Shown here in pieces: positions 37,296-47,500 of a stretch of 64,000 bases of DNA. The notes under the pieces are model-generated. The model searched no databases. It had not been told where the DNA came from and saw nothing but the letters and a program-made list of their open reading frames with translations. Source of the stretch: Verrucomicrobiia bacterium. Lineage in GTDB: Bacteria > Verrucomicrobiota > Verrucomicrobiia > Limisphaerales > UBA1319. Location of the stretch: positions 5,024,001 through 5,088,000 of the forward strand of contig OY760937.1 of assembly GCA_963664225.1 (NCBI GenBank), written 5' to 3'. Positions within the stretch are counted from its first letter, which is position 1, and each line of letters starts with the position of its first letter. A program made the position numbers and the translations under genes.

Positions 37296-38474
37296 ATGGT
37301 TGTCGTTCCATCACATATGCGCCATCTCAACACGCAGGCCCTATTGGGCTGCCTGCGGCGGTTGGGGGTCGCGTCGCGCGCGGAACTGGCCAAGAGCATG
37401 GGCATGAGCCAGCCCACGGCTGGAAAGATTGTCGATGATCTGCTCTCCCTGGGGGTGCTCGAAGAGGTGGGCGGTGAGGAATCCAGCGGCCGTGAAACGG
37501 GCAAGACGGAGAATGCGGGGGGGCGTTTGGGTCGTCCAGGCCGGATGGTGAGGCTGGATCAAAGCCGGCCCCGGTTCATCGGCATTCAACTGGGTGTCGT
37601 GCGGACGCAGTTGGCGGCGCTGACGGTCGGAGGAGTGGATGAGGATCGATGGACGCTGCAAATTCCAACGCCGGACAGCCTTGAGGCCTGGATTCGGAGC
37701 TTGCGCGCGGCGGCCCGAAAACTGCCGCAGGGTGATTTTTGGGGGGTGGTTGTGAGTGTTCCCGGCATTGTGGATGAATCCATCGGGCACATTCTTTTTT
37801 CGCCGAATATACATTGGTCCGAGGCACCAGAATTGCTGCAGATGATTCAGGATGTTTGGGGGGTGCCGGCGTTATTGGTCCAGGAGGAACGGGCATTGGC
37901 GCTGGGTCACTTATCGGCCCAACCGGAAGCCCGTGATTTTCTGCTGGTGGATTTTGGTTACGGCGTGGGCGGGGCGGTGGTGGTGGACGGCAGGCTTTAT
38001 GCAAATCCACTGCCGATCAGCGGAGAACTGGGCCATACCCCGGTGAAAGGCAATTCACGGGTCTGCGGCTGCGGCGCGGTGGGATGTGTGGAAACCCTGA
38101 TCTCGCGGCGCGGCTTGTTGGAATCCTTTGGCGCACATCATCCGAAAGGGGAGATAACCTGGACGGCGCTGGCCCAGGCCATTGAAAAGGATGGGATCGC
38201 TCCGTGGCTGGGGGAGGCGCTGAATGCGGCCGGCAACGTGATCGCGGGAGCGTTGAATGTGCTGGGTCTGCGCAAGGTGGTGCTGACCGGATCCCTTGGA
38301 GAGCTGCCTCCGGCCGTTCTCGATCATTTGTCCGCATCAATTTTATCGGGAGCCATGTGGGCCCGCTTTGGCGAGATGGATTGCCAGGAGGCGCCACGAC
38401 GGCGGACCGCAGGACTTGTGGGCATGGCGATCGACCGACTGGTGATTCCCATGACGGCGCGCGAAGGCTCCTGA
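37296..38474 (+). CDS. ROK family transcriptional repressor (XylR/NagC-like)
   Basis: SRAELAKSMGMSQPT HTH; GRPG; VPGIVD; GELGH; CGCGAVGCVE zinc motif. Confidence 0.9.
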   Translation: MVVVPSHMRHLNTQALLGCLRRLGVASRAELAKSMGMSQPTAGKIVDDLLSLGVLEEVGGEESSGRETGKTENAGGRLGRPGRMVRLDQSRPRFIGIQLGVVRTQLAALTVGGVDEDRWTLQIPTPDSLEAWIRSLRAAARKLPQGDFWGVVVSVPGIVDESIGHILFSPNIHWSEAPELLQMIQDVWGVPALLVQEERALALGHLSAQPEARDFLLVDFGYGVGGAVVVDGRLYANPLPISGELGHTPVKGNSRVCGCGAVGCVETLISRRGLLESFGAHHPKGEITWTALAQAIEKDGIAPWLGEALNAAGNVIAGALNVLGLRKVVLTGSLGELPPAVLDHLSASILSGAMWARFGEMDCQEAPRRRTAGLVGMAIDRLVIPMTAREGS

Positions 38475-38538
38475 CATGATTTAAACGCTTGCAAACACAG
38501 AAAATATTTAAAATAACAATCAAACAAAACAAAACACC

Positions 38539-39942
38539 ATGGCAACTTTTGGCATCATCATAGGCAATCGCGGATTTTTTCCTGATCATTTGTGCATCAA
38601 AGGCCGCGAGGGTATTCTGGCGGCATTGAAAAAGGGCGGGCACGAGGCGATTCTTCTGCCCGTGGACGCCACCAAGGTGGGAGCGGTGGAAAGTCTGGCG
38701 GACGCGCAAAAATACGCCGATTTATTCAAGGCCAATCGTGAGAAAATCGATGGCGTGATCGTGACCCTGCCCAATTTCGGTGACGAGCGCGCTGTGGCCA
38801 ATACGTTGCGTTGGTCCGAACTGGACGTGCCGGTGCTCATTCAAGCGTCACCCGACGACGGCAAACAAATGACCATCAAAAACCGGCGGGATAGTTTTTG
38901 CGGGAAAATGTCCGCTTGCAACAATTTGCGCCAGTATGGGATTCCTTTTTCCCTGACGCAGTTGCATACCGAGGCGCTGGACAGCGCGGAATTCCAGCAG
39001 GATCTGGAGCAGTTCGCCGCGACCTGCCGGATTGTTCGCAGTCTGCGGCATGCGCGCATCGGGGCCATCGGGGCGCGTCCGGCTGCGTTTAACACGGTGC
39101 GCTACAGCGAGAAACTGCTCGAGGCGTCCGGCATCACGGTGGAGACACTTGATCTCAGCGAGCTTTTGGGCTGGGTCAAAAAACTCACGGATACGGACAG
39201 CGCGGTCAAAGAAAAGCTGGAGGCGATCAAGGCCTACACCAATACCAAGAGCGCCCCGTCTGAGAGTCTTGTCAAGATGGCCAAATTGGGAGTGGCGATC
39301 GATCGTTGGGTGCGGGATAACAAGCTTTCCGCCACGGCCATTCAATGTTGGACGGCGCTCGAGGAGTTTTATGGTGTGGTGCCCTGCACCTTGATGAGCA
39401 TGATGTCGAACAACCTGATGCCCAGCGCCTGCGAAACAGACGTTGCCGGTCTGGTGGGCATGTGCATCCTGCAGGCGGCCTCGGGACAGCCGTCGGCCTT
39501 ATTGGACTGGAATAACAATTACAGCAAAGACCCGAACAAAGGGGTGCTGTTCCATTGCTCCAATCTACCCAAGGCCTTTTTTGCCACGCAGAAAATGGAT
39601 TACCAGGAAATCATTGCGGGCACGGTCGGCAAGGAAAACACCTATGGCACGATTGTTGGACGGATTGCGCCGGGGCCGTTCACCTATTGCCGCATCTCAA
39701 CGGATGATCTGGAGGGGCGGATTACGGCTTACTTTGGCGAGGGAAAATTCACCGATGACAAGCTCGAAACATTCGGCGGTTACGGAGTGTTTGAAATTCC
39801 CCGTTTGCAGGGATTGCTGGAGTTTATCTGCAGAAACGGATTCGAACATCATGTGGCAGCCAACAAAGCGGCCGTGGCTGGGGCCGTCGAGGATGCCCTC
39901 GAGAACTACCTCGGCTGGGATGTCTATCATCACAAAGCCTGA
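38539..39942 (+). CDS. L-fucose/L-arabinose isomerase family protein
   Basis: NRGFFP; LPNFGDE; RRDSFCGK; QCW; ACETD; LDWNNN; FHCSN; GFEHH. Confidence 0.88.
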   Translation: MATFGIIIGNRGFFPDHLCIKGREGILAALKKGGHEAILLPVDATKVGAVESLADAQKYADLFKANREKIDGVIVTLPNFGDERAVANTLRWSELDVPVLIQASPDDGKQMTIKNRRDSFCGKMSACNNLRQYGIPFSLTQLHTEALDSAEFQQDLEQFAATCRIVRSLRHARIGAIGARPAAFNTVRYSEKLLEASGITVETLDLSELLGWVKKLTDTDSAVKEKLEAIKAYTNTKSAPSESLVKMAKLGVAIDRWVRDNKLSATAIQCWTALEEFYGVVPCTLMSMMSNNLMPSACETDVAGLVGMCILQAASGQPSALLDWNNNYSKDPNKGVLFHCSNLPKAFFATQKMDYQEIIAGTVGKENTYGTIVGRIAPGPFTYCRISTDDLEGRITAYFGEGKFTDDKLETFGGYGVFEIPRLQGLLEFICRNGFEHHVAANKAAVAGAVEDALENYLGWDVYHHKA

Positions 39943-39996
39943 TTTCCAAAACAGAACGCACAACACACAAACCCATAACTTGATCGACATGGCAAC

Positions 39997-41805
39997 ATGA
40001 ACTCCATGATTCCCTTACTGGCGGTGGCGGGTGCCAAGCCAACATTGACTGGCATCGACTGGCTGATGATCGTGCTCTACTTCGGCATTTTGCTGGGGGT
40101 GGTGACATGGGTCGTGCGCCGGGGCAAAGACACTGCGGACGACTATTTTCTGGCGGGCCGCAATCTCGGTTGGTGGGTGATCGGGGCGTCGATTTTCGCC
40201 TCGAACATCGGTTCGGAACACATCGTTGGCCTGGCCGGATCGGGCGCCAAGGATGGTGTGGCCATGGCCCACTATGAATTGCACGCGTGGTGTTTGCTGG
40301 TGCTGGCGTGGGTCTTTGTGCCCTTTTACGCGCGGTCGCTCGTGTTCACCATGCCGGAGTTTCTGGAGCGCCGGTTCTGCGTCAAATCAAGGTATGTGCT
40401 TTCGGTGGTCTCACTGATCACCTTTGTGGTGTCGAAGATTGCGGTGGGCATTTTCGCGGGCGGCGTGGTGTTTGGCACCCTGCTACCGGAGCTGCAACTG
40501 AACCTGGGCGGTTTCGTGATCGACAGCTTCTGGATTGGTTCGGTGGTGGTGATTGTGCTCACCGGGTTGTACACCACTCTGGGGGGCATGCGCGCAGTGG
40601 CCTACAATGACGCCGTCCAGGTGGTCGTGTTGATCGGCGGTTCGGCCTTGTTGACCATCTATGGTTTGAGCGAACTAGGCGGATGGGGCGAGTTGAGGCG
40701 CATCTGCGGTAGTGAGATGTTCAATCTCTGGAAACCGCTGATTCCGGCGGGCATGGAGGGGTCGTGGGCGCCGGTCAAGGAACCGACACGGATTGCCTGG
40801 TACTTCAATACCAATTTCCCCTGGCTGGGCATGGCCATCTGCGCGCCCGTCATCGGTCTGTGGTATTGGTGCACGGACCAGTACATCGTGCAGCGCGCGC
40901 TGGGTGCACCCAACATGCGCGTGGCGCGGCAGGGCAGCATCTTCGCCGCGTTCCTCAAATTGTTCCCGGTGTATCTGTTCATCATACCCGGTCTGATTTG
41001 TTTTGCGCTCGCCAAGAGTGGAAAGAATCCCGCGCTGGCGGATGTGTTTTACGGGCCGAACGCCAGTCCCACCGCGTCCCAGGGCGCATTTCCGTTGATG
41101 GTTCAGTATCTTCTGCCACCCGGGTTGCGCGGCATAGTCGTGGCAGGATTGCTCTCGGCGCTGATGGGTTCGCTGGCCGGTGTTTTCAATGCGTGCTCCA
41201 CCTTGTTCACGGTGGACTTGTATCAGAAATGGAAACCCAAGGCCACGCAGCACCAGTTGGTTCGCACCGGGCGCATGGCCACCGTGGTGATGGTGTTGAT
41301 CGCGCTGATGTGGATTCCCGTCATCAAAGGCGCGCACGGGCTTTATGAGTACTTGCAGGCGGTTCAGGGTTATCTCGCGCCGCCCATTTTTGTCGTGTTT
41401 TTCTTTGGCGTGTTTTTCAAGCGCCTCAATGCGCCCGGCTGCTTGTGGGCCATGATCGTAGGCTTCATACTGGGCGTGTTCCGCATGGCAGTGGATACCC
41501 CTGTCACGATGAAGCTCGCCGGATTTGAAAATGGTTACACGCAGGGTTCGTTCCTGTGGATTGTTAACAACATCAATTTCCAGTACTTCAGCATTTTAAT
41601 CACGCTGGTCTCCGCCATCGTCATGGTTGCGGTCAGTTACATGACCGCTGCGCCAGACTATAAACACATCAAAGGCCTGACCTTTGGCACTACAACTGAC
41701 GAAAACCGCGCCGAGACGTATGCGAGCTGGGGTTGGCAGGAGGTTGTGGCTTCCGTTGTCGTCCTGGGCTTCATCATTGGGGCCTATGTCTATTTCCGAG
41801 GCTGA
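39997..41805 (+). CDS. Sodium:solute (sugar) symporter
   Basis: DYFLAGR; FASNIGSEH; TMPEFLERRF; GGMRAV; YWCTDQYIVQR. Confidence 0.93.
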   Translation: MNSMIPLLAVAGAKPTLTGIDWLMIVLYFGILLGVVTWVVRRGKDTADDYFLAGRNLGWWVIGASIFASNIGSEHIVGLAGSGAKDGVAMAHYELHAWCLLVLAWVFVPFYARSLVFTMPEFLERRFCVKSRYVLSVVSLITFVVSKIAVGIFAGGVVFGTLLPELQLNLGGFVIDSFWIGSVVVIVLTGLYTTLGGMRAVAYNDAVQVVVLIGGSALLTIYGLSELGGWGELRRICGSEMFNLWKPLIPAGMEGSWAPVKEPTRIAWYFNTNFPWLGMAICAPVIGLWYWCTDQYIVQRALGAPNMRVARQGSIFAAFLKLFPVYLFIIPGLICFALAKSGKNPALADVFYGPNASPTASQGAFPLMVQYLLPPGLRGIVVAGLLSALMGSLAGVFNACSTLFTVDLYQKWKPKATQHQLVRTGRMATVVMVLIALMWIPVIKGAHGLYEYLQAVQGYLAPPIFVVFFFGVFFKRLNAPGCLWAMIVGFILGVFRMAVDTPVTMKLAGFENGYTQGSFLWIVNNINFQYFSILITLVSAIVMVAVSYMTAAPDYKHIKGLTFGTTTDENRAETYASWGWQEVVASVVVLGFIIGAYVYFRG

Positions 41806-41830
41806 TTTTTGACTTGGCCTGAATACCTTG

Positions 41831-41858
41831 GGGTCGATAAGGAACCACTTATCGACCC
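41831..41858. other. Intergenic stem-loop (weak terminator or mRNA stabiliser)
   Basis: Perfect 11-bp stem GGGTCGATAAG / CTTATCGACCC, without a long U tract. Confidence 0.55.
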
Positions 41859-41904
41859 TTCAACCTTTTGAATTCCGCTTTATACCTTCCATTCGATCAC
41901 GATT

Positions 41905-44316
41905 ATGAACGGCACATCCAGATTTAGATTCGGCGCAGCGGCGTGCGCATTATTGATTGCGGCCTCAACGTTTGCCGCCGACGATGCGCGGATCATCGTG
42001 CAGGCGGATCATCCCGGTCATCGGATTGCGCCCACGTTGTGGGGCATCTTTTTCGAGGACATCAACCACTCCGCCGATGGCGGGATTTATCCGGAGTTGG
42101 TGCGCAACCGTTCGTTTGAAGACTCGGAAAAACCGGAGCGCTGGTCCCTGGAAACGACCGGATCGACGAAGGGCGAAATTGCAATCGACGACACCAAGCC
42201 GTTGAATCCCATGAACCGGCGCAGCCTGCGTTTGAAAATAACGGAGGCCGGTGACGGCAAGGCGTGCCTGATCAACGAAGGTTTTTGGGGGATGAATATT
42301 GAGAAGGGGGCTCAATATCACTTCACGCTTGAGGCTCGATGCGCAGATGGTTTTAAAGGCCCTCTCGTCGTGAAGGTGGAGGGCAAAGAGGGTCAGACAT
42401 TGGCCGAGAAAAACATCGAAGGATTAGACGAAAAATGGAAATCAGAGGCGTTCGATTTCACGGCGTCGGACACGGATCCGAAGGCGCGCCTCGTGATCAG
42501 CGCCATAGGACAAGGCACCGTGTGGTTCGATATGGTTTCATTGATGCCCAAGGCGACATGGAAGAATCACGGATTGCGTCCTGACCTGGCGGAAATGCTG
42601 GTGGGGTTAAAACCCGCCTTTGTGCGATTTCCGGGTGGTTGCTGGGTCGAGGGCAATGAATTGAAAACGTCCTATCGCTGGAAGGAAACCATCGGCTACA
42701 TCTCCCACCGCAAACCGCTTTGGAATATCTGGGCCTACTACGCGACGCATGGTCTGGGCTATCTCGAATATCTGATGATGTGCGAGGACCTGGGGGCCGA
42801 ACCTTTGTTTGTCATCAACTGCGGGATGTCCCATCAGGAAAACGTGCCGATGGATCAGATGGGGCCGCTGGTTCAGGACGCGCTCGATGCCATCGAATAT
42901 GCCAATGGACCCGTGACCAGCGTCTGGGGCGGTCTGCGCGCCAAACATGGTCATCCGGCGCCGTTTAATCTCAAATACATGGAGATTGGCAATGAAAATG
43001 GCGGACCCGCCTATCTTGAACGGTATGCGCTCATGGTCCAGGCCATTCAAAAGTCATATCCGGAGATGCATCTTGTGGCCAATGACTGGGGTGGCATTCC
43101 CACAGGCAGCCCTGTTGAAATCATCGATGAGCATTACTATTCCACACCGGACTTTTTCATCCAGCAGGCCGGAAAATATGATCGCTATGATCGCAAAGGG
43201 CCCAAGGTTTATGTGGGCGAATACGCGGTGACGCAAAACGGGGGGCAGGGGAACCTGCGGGCGGCGGTGGGCGAGGCGGCGTTCATGACCGGCATGGAGC
43301 GCAATTCGGATGTGGTGGTCATGTCCTCCTACGCGCCCCTGTTCGTGAACGTCAATTATAAGAAATGGAATCCGGACTTGATCAACTACGACAGTTCCCG
43401 TGTTTACGGCATTCCCTCCTATTACGTGCAGAAGATGTTTGCGGAAAATCGCGGTGACGTCGTTCTGCCTGCTTCCATTGAATTCACGAGCGAAGCCAGA
43501 CCGGAAGCGCATCCGGGCAGGATCGGCGTGGGTACATGGCTGACGCAGGCGGAATACAAGGACATCAAGGTGACGCATGGCGATCAGGTGCTTTTCGAAA
43601 GTGATTTTGCCAAAGGCGCAGAGGGCTGGAACGCCGTGCGTGGAGATTGGAAGGCGGTGGATGGGGCTTATCGACAATCGTCAGAAAAGGAGAATCTTAT
43701 CGCCACGGCGGGCGACGCCTCCTGGACCGATTACACCTACACACTCAAGGCGCGCAAGTTGAGCGGGGCCGAGGGTTTTCTCGTCATGTTCCAGGTTAAA
43801 GACGACCAGAACTGGGTGTGGTGGAATATCGGCGGTTGGGGGAATCGCCAGCACGGGATTGAGCGCAGTGAGGCAGGAGGGAAATCCGGCATGGGATCAC
43901 AGGTGCCCGGTTCCATCGAGACCGGCAAATGGTATGACGTGCGCGTGGAGATCAAGGGAAACAACGTGAAATGCTTCCTGGATGGAAAACTGATTCACGA
44001 TGTGGCGTATCAAAAATCGCAGTCCCTGCATGTGTCCGCGAGCCAGGCCTTGCAGTCCAATGAGATCATCCTGAAGGTGGTCAATTCCTCAAGTGAAGCG
44101 CAGAGCGTGGGCATTCAATTGAGAGGGGCCTCGAAGCTGGACGCTGAAGGTCAGGTGGTCATGCTCACCTCTGAAAAGCCCGAGGACGAGAACAGCATCG
44201 CAGAACCGACCAAAGTGGCTCCAGTCCAGAAAAAGTTTGCCTGTCCCGGGCCTGATTTCTCCCATGTGTTTCCAGGCAATTCTGTGAGTGTCCTGCGCCT
44301 GAAAATGGATAAGTAG
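41905..44316 (+). CDS. Secreted alpha-L-arabinofuranosidase (GH51) with lectin-like insertion
   Basis: GIFFEDINHSADGG; RFPGGC; EIGNE acid/base; DEHYY; YVGEYA nucleophile; MERNSDVV; YAPLF. Confidence 0.92.
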   Translation: MNGTSRFRFGAAACALLIAASTFAADDARIIVQADHPGHRIAPTLWGIFFEDINHSADGGIYPELVRNRSFEDSEKPERWSLETTGSTKGEIAIDDTKPLNPMNRRSLRLKITEAGDGKACLINEGFWGMNIEKGAQYHFTLEARCADGFKGPLVVKVEGKEGQTLAEKNIEGLDEKWKSEAFDFTASDTDPKARLVISAIGQGTVWFDMVSLMPKATWKNHGLRPDLAEMLVGLKPAFVRFPGGCWVEGNELKTSYRWKETIGYISHRKPLWNIWAYYATHGLGYLEYLMMCEDLGAEPLFVINCGMSHQENVPMDQMGPLVQDALDAIEYANGPVTSVWGGLRAKHGHPAPFNLKYMEIGNENGGPAYLERYALMVQAIQKSYPEMHLVANDWGGIPTGSPVEIIDEHYYSTPDFFIQQAGKYDRYDRKGPKVYVGEYAVTQNGGQGNLRAAVGEAAFMTGMERNSDVVVMSSYAPLFVNVNYKKWNPDLINYDSSRVYGIPSYYVQKMFAENRGDVVLPASIEFTSEARPEAHPGRIGVGTWLTQAEYKDIKVTHGDQVLFESDFAKGAEGWNAVRGDWKAVDGAYRQSSEKENLIATAGDASWTDYTYTLKARKLSGAEGFLVMFQVKDDQNWVWWNIGGWGNRQHGIERSEAGGKSGMGSQVPGSIETGKWYDVRVEIKGNNVKCFLDGKLIHDVAYQKSQSLHVSASQALQSNEIILKVVNSSSEAQSVGIQLRGASKLDAEGQVVMLTSEKPEDENSIAEPTKVAPVQKKFACPGPDFSHVFPGNSVSVLRLKMDK

Positions 44317-44364
44317 GAACCGATCTTTCTGACGATAATTCGCAGGACGACAGTGTTTTGGCAT

Positions 44365-44405
44365 AACAGAGGGTTGTTTCAAAAACAGCCCTCTGTTTTG
44401 TTTTT
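44365..44405 (+). terminator. Rho-independent terminator of the arabinose cluster
   Basis: AACAGAGGGTTGTTT / AAACAGCCCTCTGTT stem followed by a T-rich tail. Confidence 0.8.
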
Positions 44406-44512
44406 AATAGGGAGCTTTCCAACAACAAGTTGCAGCCTTCTCATTTCTTGTCATGGATACATTTTGGGTGCAACATGGCGCGACAAAATCAACGGGCACT
44501 CCACGACATAAC

Positions 44513-47500
44513 ATGAAAACATTGCGCTATTTGCCATCCGTCATCGTGGCCTTATGGGCCAGTTTCAATCTGTTCGCGCAACAGGGAAACATGATCGGGC
44601 GGCAAAGTCAGAATGTGGGGATGCCGGTGACGCCCGCGCCGGGCAGGATCAACATCGACGGCGATTTGAGCGATTGGGATTGGTCGGGTCGCATCTGGGT
44701 CTTTGCGGACACGGCCGTTAGGAGCCGTTATTCGGTGGAGGCGGCGGCGATGTGGGATGCGGATCATCTCTATCTGGCCGCGAAATGGAAGGATCCCACG
44801 CCGATGTATAACACCATCGATCCGGTGGCGGATCCCAGCATGGGTTGGAAAAGCGATTCGTGGCAAATCCGGGTGCGCTCCGGGGATTTGGTATCGCATT
44901 TCACAACCTGGTTTTATACCCCCAACGAGACGCCCGTTTTACAGATTTCCTATGGAAAGTCTGCGAATGAGGCCTACGGCGGCGCGTCGATGCTGCTTAC
45001 CGGGAGTAAAGGCGTGTCGGCCCTGAAAATATTAAATACGGATGAAAAGCCCGGCCAGAAGCTGCCAAGTCGTCCCGCGCCGGGTGAAGCAGCCATGGCC
45101 TACCGGGCCGACGCGGACGGCAAGGGTTACGTTCAGGAATTGCGGATCCCATGGAAACTCCTGTTTCAGCAGGTTCCAGCCATCAAAGCGGGAATGCACC
45201 TTCAGATCGGCAACGAATTTCTATGGGGCGACCCTTCCGGCAAGACCTGGCCGGTGCATCGTTATGCCGACAACATGCAGGAGGGACAAACCACGCGGCA
45301 GTTTTACTGGGAAGCTTTTCGCGTTTGGGGAAATGCCGATCTGCTCGATCATGGCCATGTCCCAGTGAGAGAGTATGTGGCCCAGGGAGCGCGTCCTGCG
45401 GGCGTGGTTCCAATCCGGGTGGTTCTTCCGAAACAGGCCGCACGGCTCACACTGGCGATTGAGAATGAAAAAGGGACGCGCATTCGCGCGCTCGCGGGCG
45501 ATATCGATCCGCTGGATTTCAAGGTTTCCGAAACGGCGACGAACAGAACGGTGGAAGTGCTGTGGGATTGCCTGGATGATTTTGGGCGCATGGCCGCTCC
45601 GGGCGCCTACCGTGTGCTTGGTTTGTGGCATGAGGGCATTGGGGCCGAGTATGACATGAGCTATTACAGTCCCGGAACGCCACCCTGGGAAACCAAGGAC
45701 GGCACGGGCGGTTGGGGCGCCGACCATAGCGCGCCGTTTGCGGTGGCGGCCTGCGGGGACTGGGTGGCCCTGGGTTGGGCGGGCGCCGAGGGGGGCAGCG
45801 GCATCCTGACCCTGGGGCCGGATGGTAAAAAGAAATGGGGAGACAAACGCGGCAGCACGGCTCTGGCGATGGACGCGCGTTACGTGTATGGCTTTGCGGG
45901 TGATATCTGGACCGGGAAAGCGGGGATTTCGCGGTTTGGAAAAACGGATGGTTCCTACCAGTATTTCGTCGTCGATGGCAAACCGCGTCCGACCTTCGAA
46001 GTGGCGCTGGCGGATATTTTTGGCGGAGTCACAAACGTTCCCGGCAACGTGACCGGTCTGGCTGTGACCGGCAGCCGATTGGTGCTCGCGTTGAGCGGAA
46101 AAGACAAAGGGGCATTGGCGATTCTGGATGCGAATTCCGCGGTGCTGATCAAAACGATTTCCACGTCCAAGGCCACTGGGATTGCCGCGGGCCGCGATGG
46201 CCGTTGTTACGCCATTCTGGATGGGAAGATAGTTGCGGTGAATCTGGATTCGGGCGCTTTTGCGGAAATCCCCACACCGGGACTGGCCCTGGCGCGCGCC
46301 ATCAACGTGGACGAAGCGGGCAACATTGTGGCGCTGGATTGCGGACCGGACTCGCAGGCCAAGGCTTATTCCCCGGAGGGGAAACTGGTTTACACCTGCG
46401 GAAGACGTGGTGGACGCCCGCTCAGCGGTCTGTTCGATGAACAGGCCATGATGCGCATGAGCAGTCTTGCAGTGGACGGACACGGACAGGTGTGGGTGGT
46501 CGAAAACTGGGATTGCCCGCGCCGGGTTTCCGTTTGGGGCCGCGATGGCAAATTGGCAAAGGATTACATTGGCAACACGACTTACGCGGCGGGTGGAAGC
46601 TATTTGCACGATGAGGATCCGACGCTGGCTTACTGGGGGCCGGTGGAACTGAAGCTGGACCGGAAGACTCTTACGTCAAAAGTGACACAAATCCTCTGGG
46701 TGGCCGACGAGTCAAAAGGCGAGGTGTTCAGTCTGACGACCACGGGAGAGCCCAATCCCAAAATCATCACCTCATCGGCGAGTGGCAAGAAGATTACCTA
46801 CCTTTATGCCGTGGGCGATCCTTATAACGAGGGCAAGAAATCCCACGTGGTTTATATGCCGCGCAATGGGCGCTGGCAGCCGGTGGCGGCGGTGTTAAAG
46901 GATCGTTTCTGGAACGACACGAACCATGACGCCCAGATGCAGCCGGGTGAGATTACACCCGGTGGCGGTCCGGTGGGCGGCTGGTGGGGAACGATGATTG
47001 GCAGGGACCTTTCCATCTATACCGATGGCGTCATGCGCTATAAGCCCATTGGATTTACAGACGACGGCGCGCCCATTTACGGTCCGGCAGGCATGAAAAA
47101 ACTGGCCGATGACAAGGGCGAGTTCTTGCCCATCGACGACGCGGGCGAAGTCGTGGTTTCGAGCAGCTCCGGTTACGGGGCATTAAGCTACATTCGGGCT
47201 TTGGATATCCAAACCGGTCGGGAACTCTGGCGGTATCCTGCGCCTTACTACGGTGTGCATGGTTCCCATAACGCGCCGATGCCCAAGCCGGGGGTGATCA
47301 GCGGGGCATTGAAATTATTGGGCGCCGCCAAAGTGAGCGATGAAGTGGGAAGCGTATTCGTCCATCGCAATAACATCGGACAGGACCATTTTTTCACGCA
47401 GGACGGCTTGTATGTGGGCGCGTTGTTCATGGACGCCCGCATGCCCGCCGATCCACTGCCGGAGAAAGAGACACCCGGTTATCCACTGGACAATACGACA

